DNA of 64,000 nt from Lepidodermella squamata (GCA_047495785.1 JBLDXI010000042.1:2356001-2420000), one strand, 5' to 3'. Shown: positions 29,318 to 42,122, counted from the stretch's first letter. The notes: generated by a model not told the origin, from the letters alone. Made by a program: numbers and translations.

Positions 29318-32300
29318 ATGGAATCGACGGGCCAAGAAGAAGATGAAGTGCTATTTGACGACTTGTATGAGCTTCATGAAGTCGTGGGGAAGTGAGTTGA
29401 ACTGTTGATTGGTCCAATAAATAAACATCCGTTTTTTACTAGGGGTCCGTTCAGCGTTGTGCGTCGATGCGTTCACCGTCAAACAGGACGACAATTTGCA
29501 GTTAAAATTGTTGATGTGGCAAAGTTTGCTTCTAGTCCCGGATTATCTGTCGATGGTTTGTTGTCTTCAATTTACGTCACCTTATACTATCTAATTTCGT
29601 CTTACAGATTTGAAACGAGAGGCAATGATATGTCATATATTAAAGCATCCGCACATCGTGGAATTACTGGAGGCTTACAGTTCCGAAGGAATGTTATATC
29701 TTGTATTCGAATATATGGAAGGCGCTGACCTCTGCTTTGAAATTGTCAAAAGAGCAACTGCTGGATTTGTGTATAGCGAAGCTGTAGCTAGCCATTACAT
29801 GCGACAACTTTTACTTGCCGTTTCTTATTGCCACGACCAAGACGTGGTACATCGAGACATTAAACCTCACTGCGTTTTACTCTCTAATCGAGAAAACTCA
29901 GCTCCTATTAAACTCGGTGGCTTTGGGCTAGCCGTTCAGCTGCCACCCAATGGTGCTTTAGCGGGATCTGGAAGAGTCGGAACTCCGCATTTCATGGCTC
30001 CGGAAGTCGTCTTGAGGCGGCCGTATGGGAAGCCGGCTGATATGTGGTCTTGCGGTGTGTTACTGTATGTGTTGCTTGCTGGTCGTCTTCCATTTCACGG
30101 CACCCGTGACCGGCTTTTCGATCAAATCGTGGCAAGGCCACCGCGGCTTTCTTTTTCGTATCGCTCGTGGCAGCACGTATCAGACGCTGCGAAAGACCTA
30201 GTATCTCGCTTATTGGACTCCGATCAGTCGAGCCGTATCACGGCACGTGAGGCTCTTGATCACCCATGGGTCCGTGACCGCGGACGCATTCCTCGGTTAC
30301 ATTTATACGAGACCATCGAAGAAATGCGGCGGTTTAACGCGCGCCGAAAGCTGAAAGGCGCGATTTTAGCTGCTGTTTCTTCAGATCGGTGGGCAGCCCT
30401 TCCTCCGATACCTATCAACGTCTCCAGCCCCACGAACGAACAGTCAGATGATCCCAACGCTGTGCCCAATGACGACGAAGCTACTGCTTTAGGTAATTTA
30501 GTTGCATTTTTTATTGTTATTGTTATGATCATCGGTGAATCATACAGCTGTTGGAGCTATTCTTGATTCTTTGGAAGATACTCAGTATCTTGTCGATCCC
30601 ACCTCTGCTGATCAGCAACTCACGGAAGAACTGCTTAGTGACAATCAGCTCCATTCTCTGCTACAGGTTTGATGCATCGTTAACAAATATTTGTTTCGCA
30701 ACGTTGTTTTTCTGCAATAGCTTTACGATTCTATCGGCACTCGGCAGTTCTCAGCTCACAGAGCACCACCGCCGGAGTCTACATATCGTGCGAGAGAGGT
30801 ATGTTTTTTCGCAATGTTCGTTCTTACGCTGAGATTGCTCTCGCCCACATCGCTCGTCTAACGCATCCATCTATCATAATCCGAATTTGTTGCCAATATA
30901 TGTATGTACACATACGCCCTATGTAGATACACGCAATTATTTTACCGCACAATTTGTATATTTACTATGCATGCATCGCGACGTTGATAACGTAATGCTA
31001 GAGCTGTGGGCGCCCATGAATCCGCAGCCGTATCTATTCTACAACCATTACTACTACTACTACTACTGGAGAGAAATAAATAAATTGTCCCAGTACGTAG
31101 TCACTACAATGCAGTCGCAATTGAATATGCGTAGCGCTTCGCAGCTCCTTAAAATAGGCCACCTACCGACAACAGCGCTCGGCACGGTAATTTAATAACG
31201 AGTCATGAGATTTCGCTTCTCGTCACTGCCGATCTATATTCGATGCCCAATCGAAGAAATCTCGCTTTAGTGTGACAATGGGTAAGTTTTAGCTGATATT
31301 TACTGAGCCATTAACCTCTTGAAAGGCCGCTAAATTCTCGGCGATGACACCACAGTCTTAAGGCATAAGCTAAATCGCGTATGGCTGACTGCGCGTTTAG
31401 GCGATGCGAACTGTAGATATTTCTCGAGAGCTCTTCTTACTGGGCATCGCGTTTCATCGCGTGGTGTGCACGGGCGCGAACTGCAAACGATCGCGCCTTT
31501 TTTGCACCCCGACATCTATCGATCGGGCGCGCGTGCGCCTACAAATATGACTCTTCCGAATGAGCTGCTCACTCAAGTAATTATTACAGCTTTTGATATA
31601 CCGTAGCGCGTATGAAAACTAATAATAAGGTCAATTACCGTCTTTATTTCTCGTCTCATTATGCAGCGGATAAGTGATCTGATTCCTATTTACAAGTACG
31701 TACTCGAGCACTTTCGTTGCTTTTTAACCCCCCAGCAGCAGCCCTAATCGATTTCCCGTGAAACGGCCTAATTTTTTGTTATTGTAAATTACAGGTTTTG
31801 GAGCTACTAGTCGATTTGGTCGGGTCTTCCGCTGACGTCCATGAGTTGGTTACGATACTCACATCGCCGCACATTGTCGTACGTTTTTTTCCTTGTATTT
31901 TGCGCACATTTTACCGAGGCCGGAAGCTGATCGCTGGCTTTTGACTTGTGCGTGTGGCTATACTTGACAAGGCCGGTATAACTTTTAATGCCATTATTAT
32001 TGCGATGCGAAAGTTATTACTTATTCAAAAGCGCGCGTTTTTTTCATTCGCGGCAGCAGGTCGATGCGCGCGACGAAGGTTTAGAGGCTTTTAGACCAAA
32101 AGGCAGTCAATAAATAAGTAAAATGCATGTTCTCATTGATTGTGTGCATGCGCGCTTCTCGTGATCATTTTTATTTCCTAGATTTCTAGGGTGGATTGTT
32201 TTATTTTTGAATTTTCCTGCTGGTATTTTCATCGCTCGGCGTAAATTTGTGGCTTATTCCTGACTTTATGTGTTGCTGCTTCTCTACCGCCCATTATTTA

Positions 32301-35300
32301 GGTGGTAATTCTTTTTTTTATCCGCGGCGCGCGCGGAGTTTTCAAACACTGGTTAGTGACACCAGCGCCACTTTTCGGCCAGCGGCGCTCGCCTTGCCCG
32401 ACCAGGCAGTGGCGCTTAGTAGCATTGGTGGTAGTAGTAGTAGCAATAGTAGTAGTGAGCTATTTATCGACCGCTCTGGTGTTTGGGGGTATTTGAGGCG
32501 AAAACCGCGAATAGAAGCGACGGAAATCTATAAAATTCGCAAGCCGCAACGGCGCCATTTAATAATTCTATTCGCATACACGCCCAAATGTGTGTATATA
32601 AAGCGAGGGGAGCTGGAAGCGCGATGAGTCTGATGTTTCTACTTGTTGCGATGGTAGTATGAATTTTGGCAGTTGCTCGAGTTAGTTGCTAGTGTCTCTC
32701 GAGAGTCGTTTTATTCAATTTAATTCGAAAGCGCCACTACATGCGCGCGATCTCGGCGCCGGCGATCGGCCAACAACATAATGCACTAGTCGACTAGGGC
32801 GCCCCTTGGGGCGTTGCGATCAAGCGTAGTTATTGCAGCTATTAAATATGTGTTCGGCCGACGCGCAACGGCGAGCACAGCTGCGTTCTTTTTTTCGCGT
32901 TCTATCGGCGATGATTTGACGCTTCATTGATGATAATCGTAATCGCATGGTAATTTATTGAGATAGCGATCTGCGTTTTAAGCGATACACGACACGGATT
33001 AGTAGTTGACACTTCGATCAATCAATGAGAATGTCTCGCGGCTTATTTGCCATCCCGGCACGCACTGTTCATTGCTAGGAAAAAAAATACCAGCTCAGGT
33101 GCGCCGCCGCACTACTTGTCATCCGCGACCTGGAAGCGCGTTGATACCGCCTGCGATGAGACCCGATTCACGGCTTATATTCCGTTTTTTATCTAGGCCC
33201 TTATGCAAGCCTACGACATTGTGGCTCATGAAGTCTACGGGGTGAGTTCAATTTGACATTTCATCTTTTTTCATTAATTTTCAAAACCAGGGGTTTTATC
33301 TCCCATTAATCTTTATCTGCTATTTAAAGAATATTGATTTCAATGAAATTCCTGGAAAAAAACTATTTTTGCGTGGAATTTAATTAAATAGGCATCAAAT
33401 TTATTATTTTTATCTCGTTATATCCCCGTGATATGCCGGCAAAATTTGATTGATTTTTGGACTATTTTTTAAATTTATGACCTAAAGAAAATCTTGAATT
33501 GCGATAGTTTGAAGGAATTTTCCCTTTTATTTCATAAACTTTTTTCTTTTCAAAAAAAGAGCTCATCTGTCCTATTCGAGTTGGGTAGCATTATTTACAA
33601 AAATGTCCATGTTTAACGTGAATTTTCAGTTTGTTTTCCTGGACATGAGCGTAGTCTGGGTTGTTTTATCGATTGGGCCCAATTAAGTCGTCTGCGTAGG
33701 AATAAACATGTACGAAGCCGACGATTTCAAAACTTCGTTTTTTTCTACCAATTTTTAGGAAGATGCTGTTCGCGTAACTCCGCCGCCTATGCCAGGTGGT
33801 CTGCCCAACAATATGAATGGAAACAACGGAAATGGAACTGCAATGGGGCCGGGAAGTGGCCCGGGCTCGGACGACGGCTGCGTCGTGATAACCGGCGGCA
33901 TGGGTCCTGAGGGCCACATGAACGCCGATATGACGCCGAACAGCGGCATGATCGGGCCGGACGGCATGCCGTGCAGCCCTGGCGACGGCTCATCGATGAT
34001 GACTCGAATCCGGTTAGTTCAGTTTCAACGCAATACGGACGAGCCGATGGGTATCACCCTGAGGGTGACCGACGACGGCCGGTGCTACGTGGCGCGCATC
34101 ATGCACGGCGGCATGATTCATCGCCAGGGGACGCTCCACGTCGGCGACGAAATTCGCGAGATCAACGGCCTGGTCGTGCGGGGCCAGTCGGCCGATGCGC
34201 TGCAACGATTACTGCGAGAGGCCCGCGGGTCGGTCTACCTTAAAATTGTGCCCTCTTACCGGCCGCCGCCAGCCCAGTGCGACATCTACGTTAGGGCGCT
34301 TTTCGACTACGACCCGTCTGGTGACGAGTTGATACCCTGCCCACAGGCCGGTGTGCCATTTCACATCGGCGATATTCTTCAGGTAACATAGAAACGAATT
34401 TACGGCTTTGATAAATGTTTACTTGTTTGGTCATTCACTTTGCCAATAATTTCGGGCCTCGTTTCTCTAGCATTTATATTGCGATATAAATTACACTCGG
34501 AGAGTCCTCGATGAACGGAGAAGAAGGAAATGTTTGCAGTTTTAGCTATAAAGCACGCAAAGCAGAACGCAAAACGTTTACATTGCGCATATGTATATAG
34601 AAATAATAATAATAATAACCCGTCGATTTGCTTTCTAATAATCGCGCTTTGCTCAATCAATACGGAAAATAGCGCGATCGAGCGTACCACCGTGTTTGTT
34701 TTGACACACCTGGATCGGCGCAGGCAGTTCGATTTTTACGCGTTTTTTTCTTATGCACATCGGATATTTTTTTACTAGTCTAGTAAACACGGTGACACCA
34801 AATCAATATTCTAGAGCGTTTAGGGCGGACGATTCCGCCTCAATCTATAGTGCTTTATTAGAATCGAACATGGCGTTTTGAATCGATTTTTTCATCGAAA
34901 TTTTTCGACTTTTTAGGTGATATCGAAAGACGATCACAATTGGTGGCAAGCGCGGAAATGGTCGGCGCCACCTTCGATGCCGGCCGGGCTGGTGCCATCG
35001 CCCGAGCTGCAGGAGTGGCGCGTCGCTGTGGCGGCGATCGAACGGGCGCGGCGCGAACAGGTGAGCGTAACGGCGAACTGTTCGTGGCTGCCCGGTTCGG
35101 GCTCGTCGTCGAGTAAACGCAAAAAGCTGCGCGACAAGTACGTCGCGAAGCACAATGCCGTCTTCGACCAACTCGATGTTGTGACTTACGAGGAGGTGGT
35201 GCGGCTCGCCGTCTTCCGGCGGCGCACCCTCGTCCTGCTCGGTGCCCACGGCGTCGGTCGGCGGCACATTAAAAACACCCTCATCAGCCTGCACCCTGAA

Positions 35301-35958
35301 AAATTCGCCTACCCGATCCCGTGCACCACCCGGGCGCCGCGGCGGGGTGAAGAAAACGGCCGCAGCTACTACTTCGTATCCAGAGAGCAAATGCTAGCCG
35401 ATATTGGTAATTGATTATAAAAATATTCAAAAAATCCTCCTTAAATTTAATGAAATTATAAAATTAACATATTTTATTTTATCCCCTCAAAATTGATTTT
35501 CGATTAATTTTTTCTAGCTGCGAATGAATATCTGGAATATGGTACTCATGAAGACGCGTTATACGGCACAAAAATCGACACGATTAGGAAAATCCACGAA
35601 CGTCAGCTCATCGCAATATTGGACGTTGAACCGCAGGCGCTGAAAGTGCTGCGGACGGCTGAATTTGCGCCTTTCGTCGTCTTTATCGCCGCGCCCACCA
35701 ATCTGGCGCTACTCTCTGAAGTGCAAGACGGCAGTCTGGAAAGACTGGTCCGCGAATCGCAACTGCTCGAACAGGCCTATGGCCATTACTTCGATATGAA
35801 AATTGTCAACAACGATATTGGTAATTTTTTAGTAAATTAATTGAAATTAAATTAATTTTTTCCCCAATTTTTTAGATGAAACTATTCGAATTCTCGAAGC
35901 TGCCGTCGATGAAGTACAGTCGACTCCTCAATGGGTGCCAGTTTCTTGGGTCTATTAA
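29318..35958 (+). CDS. CASK: CASK/LIN-2 MAGUK (CaMK-like, 2x L27, PDZ, SH3, guanylate kinase-like)
   Basis: First exon [24 protein letters not shown]; HRDIKPHC and KLGGFG pseudokinase motifs; L27 exons near 30549-30798, 31796-31878 and 33197-33241; PDZ EPMGITL; SH3 [10 protein letters not shown]; [12 protein letters not shown]; ends QWVPVSWVY* at 35958. Confidence 0.96.
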
Positions 35959-37318
35959 TTAATTTTATGCCTCAGATGTATTCTAAAAAATAATCGTTGA
36001 GGATTACCTAATTTTGAGCTGATTTTTGACCACTTTTGATGACAAAGAATTATAATAATATATGTTGAGATGGAAGGGAATAGCAGTGTGTAAAGTAGGA
36101 TAGCTTCATGTACAAGTCGATCATCTTCTTCCAGTCCCGTTTGTTATGCCATTTCCTTTGATCGATTATATGTGCTTAGACATTGAAAGCAGCCCGTTTT
36201 AGCCTGAAATTTCATCAGAGTGTGTTAAATTCTTCACTTTCATTTCTTCTTCTTTTTCCCTTGGAAAACGTGAGTTTTAACTTATTCCTGCCACTCGTAT
36301 TTCGTTCCTCAATTCTCCAGTCCGGCTTCGTTTTTTTGATACGTCGTCCGAGCATGCTTTCCCATCGTGATTTCTTTTTATAATTATTTTGATTGATTTT
36401 AATAATATAGAATGAGTTTTTTAAGCCTGTGCTGGAGCGATGATGATATAGATGACACGATTTTAGATATCACTCACATCTCACAACTCACTAGTCCACC
36501 TTGATAATCAGAATTTTTGCGAGTAATGAGTAAATTTAGTCACCTGTGTAGTTGCCAGAGTTGTAAATAATAGTATTTTGAAATCACTCGTTATGAAATG
36601 TATTTCCTCCTATTCCTGCTGTGCGAGCTGTCGCTTCCATTCGTCGTCTCAAAGCACTGAAATATCGCATTATAGGCGTTTTCTCTCTCTATCTCTCTCG
36701 CGTTCTTCAATTCCTTGAATCTATGCAGTTTTCGCCTTGAAAAACTCCGTTCTGTCTCTCGCTCTCGATATGTCTATACTACCATGAATATAGTTTATCA
36801 TTGTGTTTTTCACTTGTGCTATTTTTTCGGCTACTGTTGATTTGAAAGATGAATTCGAGCCGACTGAATTTTTGAATCGCAATCTTTGAACTTCTATGAC
36901 ATCATGGTTTATTTGGCCCTGTAATCTGTACGGTGTTTTTAGTTTGCGTTTCAAAATGATTATTATTTGCGAAAAGTAAAAATCGATTTCTTGGTATCAG
37001 ATGGCATTTTGGAGCATCGATTGCTTCGTTTCGAAACCGGTTTTATTGTAAATCTCTATCTCGCTCTTTTTTCTTCTTCTCTCTTGTTGAAATTTGGATC
37101 TGCGTCTCGACACAGAACTTTTGCAGGCTCATTTGTGTAAAAAAAACTACGATGGTGGTAACATTTTGTTGGGTTGCCACGACTCGTCCTTATCGCAGCT
37201 TGTTGCATACGTTCATGTTTTTGATTTTACGATTGTAATAACGATTCTTATTCGAAGCAAAACAAACAAAATTTTGCGTGTCTGTGTGTGAGAGTATTTA
37301 AATTATTACTATTGTCAT

Positions 37319-37655
37319 TATATACTGCGCTCCGTATTGTTGTTATACCTTGAAATTCGGCAATTGTTCTCATTCAATCTTCAATCGATAATAACAACTA
37401 CAATTATGACATCTAAATTATAATAATTAAAGCGGGATGCAATAAAGAAGTCCCTATGAAACAAAACTTACGCCTTTTGCATGTTTTGCCTTGTCAAATG
37501 AGCAGAAAATCGATCCTGATCAGACATCGCTCCATATGCAACACCGAATATTCCAGAAATTAAGTTGGAATCTGGGCTATCTGAAGTCGATATTATGGCA
37601 GTTATAAACCGGAAAACTAAAACCATCAAACGTAGAATGAAAAGTGTATCGGGAC
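37319..37655. repeat. Direct-repeat copy 1 of a ~340-390 bp segment (copy 2 at 41529-41918)
   Basis: Near-identical sequence tatatactgcgctccgt...aataaagaagtccctatgaaacaaaac...gtagaatgaaa at both sites. Confidence 0.85.
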
Positions 37656-37970
37656 AGGTAAATACGGTAATGCTAAACCACAGATTACACTGATTAATAG
37701 GGGAAATGAAAATTAATAAATACGAAAATCAAATCGATCCTGCCTTCAAGGATACTCCTGGCTAAGATTAATTTCTCGTCACAGTGTGCGTCACAGTGTG
37801 AAAAACCTGTTGCAACTAGCCCTGCAAGCTGCCCGCCAAAGCCCTATGTAAAAGCCCGCCTAATGGACCTTTCTGCTGCCGATTTTATTGAAGGCGAGAA
37901 TATGATATGGTTGGAAAATAGAATTCGGAAGGGTTTGAAAAGAAGTTGCATAGCTTAATCGCCATTGATA

Positions 37971-38171
37971 CAGTCAACTTGGGGTGACTTTAGGAGTGGG
38001 GTCACTTTGACATGGCAAAATGGGGTGACTGTGGCCTACCAAAAATCGAAGATGGTAGGATAAAGAATGGGGTACTGTTGGATAACCCAAGGAAAGTCCA
38101 GTACATAAATGTACACAAATACAACCCATATTGGGTCATGAAATAACAGGTAAAGTCACCCCAGTTGACAG
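37971..38171. mobile_element. Tc1/pogo-type MITE (~200 bp)
   Basis: TA|cagtcaacttggggtgacttta ... taaagtcaccccagttgacag|TA imperfect terminal inverted repeats. Confidence 0.7.
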
Positions 38172-38274
38172 TATATTATGAGATTTTTCCAAGATTTCAT
38201 GATAGCTCTGCTGCTGTAATCAAATCAAAGAAAAAGTTTCGACTAGCGAAATAAAAAAAATTAAAAAAAAACGA

Positions 38275-38572
38275 AAAAAGATTTACGTGCTTCTGAACCG
38301 ATGGGCTGGCTAAGGCGCACATTCACAAGCACTGTCCCGGTACCGCTCACCACGCACATCGTTAGGCTGCTTCCGTTAGGACCTGACCTTTGACGTGTCA
38401 CTACGCAACCTGGGCAGCACGGCCTCCACCGCGCCGACCATGTTGATGGCGTACTTACACGGGGCGCTCGATCGACATGTGACATCCAGAGACAGGGCTC
38501 CCACCGGCCGGCCGTTCGGCAAGCCCGGCTCTCAAGTCGCTGAGTTACAGAAGCACGCCACTGCTTCCAGCC
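38275..38572 (-). ncRNA. Signal recognition particle RNA (7SL), ~300 nt
   Basis: Minus strand: Alu 5' GGCTGGAAGCAGTGGCGTGCTTCTGTAACTCAGC; GATCG..TAAGTACGCCATCAACATGG; helix 6 GCGCGGT-GGAG-GCCGTGC; CCAGGTTG; helix 8 GGTCAGGTCC-TAAC-GGAAGCAGCC; GGGA..GCTTGTGAAT; Pol III T-run terminator. Confidence 0.9.
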
Positions 38573-38595
38573 ATTAGCTCAGCTCGCGAGCTCGC

Positions 38596-38602
38596 TTTTA
38601 TA
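38596..38602 (-). promoter_or_regulatory. TATA box of the 7SL gene
   Basis: TATAAAA at about -30 to -24 from the inferred 7SL start. Confidence 0.6.
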
Positions 38603-38982
38603 GTGCTCACACTTCTTTGTTCGCAGTGTTATTAACATTGGCTTTTATTAAAAACCCAAGGTAGCAACTTGAAGACACCAGGAGCCAGAAGAATGGTACC
38701 GTTTGATAGTCCAAGAACACGTCAGCTTGGATCTGCGCCATGTACGACAATGAGACACATTTCCGGACATGATATGACAGGAGAAGTGTGAAGCTATGGG
38801 GAAATGTATATTTTCGGTAGAACTTGGGCGATGGCTAAACGGAACCCTTGTAATCATGGATAGGAAATAGTGTATAGTGAATTCATTACCAAATTATTGA
38901 GTTCAGTCAAACATTCAGTACCAAACATCATTGAATTTCGTACCAAATTATTCTAATCAGTTCCAAATTCAAGTCCCAGCCT

Positions 38983-39022
38983 CTAACCCTAACCTAACCC
39001 TAACCTAACCCTAACCCTAACC
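38983..39022. repeat. Interstitial telomere-like repeat, mixed CCCTAA/CCTAA units
   Basis: ctaa ccctaa cctaa ccctaa cctaa ccctaa ccctaa cc, preceded by degenerate taccaaa repeats (38887-38970). Confidence 0.8.
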
Positions 39023-39264
39023 ACTTAAATAACCGAATTGTTACGTATTGAATTAAATTAAATCTGGTACCGCCGAAAGATTTTCGCTGTAATCAAAATG
39101 GAAATTGTAAGCCAGTTTCGGATTGCTTTTCCTACAAGCCATATCCAACGGTGCCACTCACAGAGTCATTATGTTGCCACTTTCCATTTTTGATAAAAGC
39201 CAGCACGTCGCCCCGTTTTACGGCACATCTATAATTCAAATAAGTACTGAATTTTTAGAGTTTT

Positions 39265-39299
<35 letters not shown>

Positions 39300-39599
39300 A
39301 ACGAACTCCCTATGTACCAAGCCTGATGGTGTTCATTTCCAGTTTTATCAACTGCTTGCATCTTGAATCGCAATATTTGCCGCAACAGGGGCATCGTATT
39401 ACTCAGCCATTACCGATTCTATTAAAGTTGACAGCAGTCTTACCAAATAACATTACATATTTGAGAAAACCGTTTTCACGCGTAGAAAAACTCCCGTTTA
39501 TTAGGAGAACATTTGCAACTCAGACGAAGTTTCAAAATTTTCCAACAACTCAATTTGACCAGTGCATTCATCAAACAAATACAGTAGCCATAAATCCAA

Positions 39600-40277
39600 T
39601 CACGAATAATCAAAAAAGAAAGCAAAGAAGTTAGTTTCACGTCTAGCTGTTGCAAACATGGAATTTCCGTCGTAAGAAAGAATACGGAAATCGCTAATAA
39701 CAAATGATTTCCCAAAATGCGCATCCTCCGCATCAGCTCTACAGTCATCCTCTATTTCATCCCGACCAAATATTTTCATCATAATTCGGTAAAACAGCTC
39801 CGGTTCCAGCATCTTCACGGACTTTTCGTTCTCCGAAACTGCTCTTTCCAGATCCGTGGCGAGATCATTGCGATTGGCCAAATAATGGTCCATGTTGCAG
39901 GAAAATGACACAAACATAGCCCGAACTGCTTTCCTGATCGATATTTTATCAGCCTCAATACAATCAACAGTTTTTCTCCGGTCCCACTTTTCAAGGATCT
40001 GATCATCGAAGGCTTCTCGAGACTCGAAGTAATCGACAGGCACAACGATAGCGCGAAATTGCCAATCACCCGCCGCGCTGGCTTTCAATCTCGGGTTAGG
40101 CGTGCGTTCGTAATCCTCCCCTGTCCATTTACGCTCGAATTCTGCGACGACGTTGATGTTCGAAGCCGAAACTCTTTCGTTGACGGAAACTCCATGGCAA
40201 TCCATGAATAAAACAGCGGGCATCGAGTAAAGTTTGTACGCATTTTTCGCGAATTTCTCCCTGATTACGGAAGCCAT
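39600..40277 (-). CDS. Intronless hypothetical protein (~225 aa, acidic/aromatic, globular-looking)
   Basis: Long open frame with protein-like composition; first ATG at 40277 preceded by an acceptor-like tttgtatAG; no family recognised. Confidence 0.6.
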   Translation of the reverse strand: MASVIREKFAKNAYKLYSMPAVLFMDCHGVSVNERVSASNINVVAEFERKWTGEDYERTPNPRLKASAAGDWQFRAIVVPVDYFESREAFDDQILEKWDRRKTVDCIEADKISIRKAVRAMFVSFSCNMDHYLANRNDLATDLERAVSENEKSVKMLEPELFYRIMMKIFGRDEIEDDCRADAEDAHFGKSFVISDFRILSYDGNSMFATARRETNFFAFFFDYS

Positions 40278-40637
40278 GTTTCTATTCAATAAAATTTTCT
40301 ATACAAATAAAAAATTTAAGAATAAACTTTAAATAGAAGAATTTAAACGCGGAAAAAGGGCACAAATGCTTTTTAAATAACAAAAATTGGCAGTTTTTAT
40401 TACAGTTCACTGAGATGGTGGCAGCGGCTATACCATATCAATATATATATCAATATATATGTTTTTGAATGATCCCTCTATACACCTGTAAATGTATTGC
40501 AGCAATTGATAAATAATACTGTTGGAACAAAATCCTAGACTTATGTATGCACCCCAGCTAGTGGCTATAACATACTGCCGATGGCAAATGTAGTTAGCTC
40601 CCACGCCCGGGTACTATGTAAAATCGTTAAATCATTG

Positions 40638-40699
40638 CATAGAGAATAGAGTTACCTCTAGGTAACTCTAGGTACCTCTAGGTAACTCTATTCTCTATG
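40638..40699. mobile_element. 62-bp palindromic MITE, P-superfamily-like ends
   Basis: TIRs CATAGAGAATAGAGTTACCT/AGGTAACTCTATTCTCTATG; 8-bp flanks aatcattg/aattattg (7/8 match). Confidence 0.65.
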
Positions 40700-40743
40700 A
40701 ATTATTGTAAATACATAAGGTTCAAATAAAGAAGATTTTGTTT

Positions 40744-41490
40744 TTATTTGAAAACCCCGAATTTCTTCTTACCATTCGGGTCAACTTCATAGTCTGGCTT
40801 TTGAACTGGATTTTCACCCAAGTGCGTGTAAGTTTTCATTGAATCCGTCAAATGTTGCTGCTTTTCGGCCAGCGTCAACAGAGGTTCGCCTCCGATCTTG
40901 CGTCTCCGTTCCGCTTCATTGGCCTTCAAATTCGCAAAATCTTGCCGGTTACTGTCGTCAACAAATCTCTCCTCCAAAGCCGACCCTGGATCGTCCAAGA
41001 GAAGTTTTTTCTGAGCGTCCGGGCCAGGCGTCACGTTCGCCTTTGACCATGCATAGGTTGCTTCAATCGCATCGCCAACTGTGCCTTTTCTTTCATTCTC
41101 AGGAACGGCAATGAACTTTAAAATGAAGGGTTTAACTTCAGGCCGATTCAAATGATCTTCGACAATTTTTATTCGCTGTTCCAACGGCACACCAGTACCA
41201 GGATCCGAGAACCTTTCCAACATCCCTCTCACGCTTTTGTACGAAAACGTGTGGTGAAGAGTAATTAGAGACTCGAACAACACAGGGTTCACTTTCTGAA
41301 GAGCTGGCGGTATTTGACTCGGCGGCAGAACAGTTCCATCTGAAGCAGTGACCTGGATTCCCGGGTTAGCAGGGTCGCTGCTTTTTTTCACGTAGTAACG
41401 CGCCACATCCTTGCCGTTTTCGTCCTTTTTAACCAGTGTATAGGTAGTAACGCCCTTCATCAAGGCATCAATAGTTTTCGAATTGAGCAC
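40744..41490 (-). CDS. Orphan duplicate of the C-terminal domain of the giant SecA-like protein (intact frame, no clear start or acceptor)
   Basis: From TYTLVKKDENG onward paralogous to 42123-42826; 248-codon open frame that abuts the repeat at 41529. Confidence 0.6.
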   Translation of the reverse strand: MLNSKTIDALMKGVTTYTLVKKDENGKDVARYYVKKSSDPANPGIQVTASDGTVLPPSQIPPALQKVNPVLFESLITLHHTFSYKSVRGMLERFSDPGTGVPLEQRIKIVEDHLNRPEVKPFILKFIAVPENERKGTVGDAIEATYAWSKANVTPGPDAQKKLLLDDPGSALEERFVDDSNRQDFANLKANEAERRRKIGGEPLLTLAEKQQHLTDSMKTYTHLGENPVQKPDYEVDPNGKKKFGVFK

Positions 41491-41528
41491 TTGCTTTTCC
41501 GAAATTTTGCAAAACAGCCCAGCGACCG

Positions 41529-41918
41529 TTATATACTGCGCTCCGTGTTGTTATACCTTGAAATTCGGCAATTGTTCTCATTCAATCTTCAATCGATAAT
41601 AACAACTACAATTATGACATCTAAATTATAATAATTAAAGCGGGATGCAATAAAGAAGTCCCTATGAAACAAAACATACGCCTTTTGCAATCGTTGCCAT
41701 GTCGAATATCACTCGATCCTGATCAGACATCGTCCCCATATGCAACACTGAATGCCTGTTTTACATAGTCCGCAGTTGACCTTTCCGATATTAAAATTGA
41801 TACCTTATATTCCAGAAATTGAGCTGGAATCTGGGCTTTTTCGTGTCGATTTCATGGCAGTTGTAAACCGGATAACTAAAACCATCAAACCAAATTACGT
41901 AGAATGAAAGGTGTATCA
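41529..41918. repeat. Direct-repeat copy 2 (see 37319-37655)
   Basis: Same sequence as 37319-37655 with small indels. Confidence 0.85.
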
Positions 41919-42122
41919 GTAACCGAAATTGGTTTCAGTAACCGAATTGCCGTTATTCATGTTTCAATTCAATTGAAAGTTTCTAAATAAAACCAAAATT
42001 TCAAGAGTAAAATTTTAATAGCAGAATTGAACTCTTGACAACAACCGGTATGCAATTTAAACGCTGGAATTAATGGCACACAATTTGTCACGTTTTGATT
42101 ACAGCTCACTGGAGTAGAGCGG

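Noticed and set aside
32247-32627. Alternative first exon for a short CASK isoform
   Set aside because: Non-ATG start, microsatellite-derived Ser run, and no clear in-phase donor identified.
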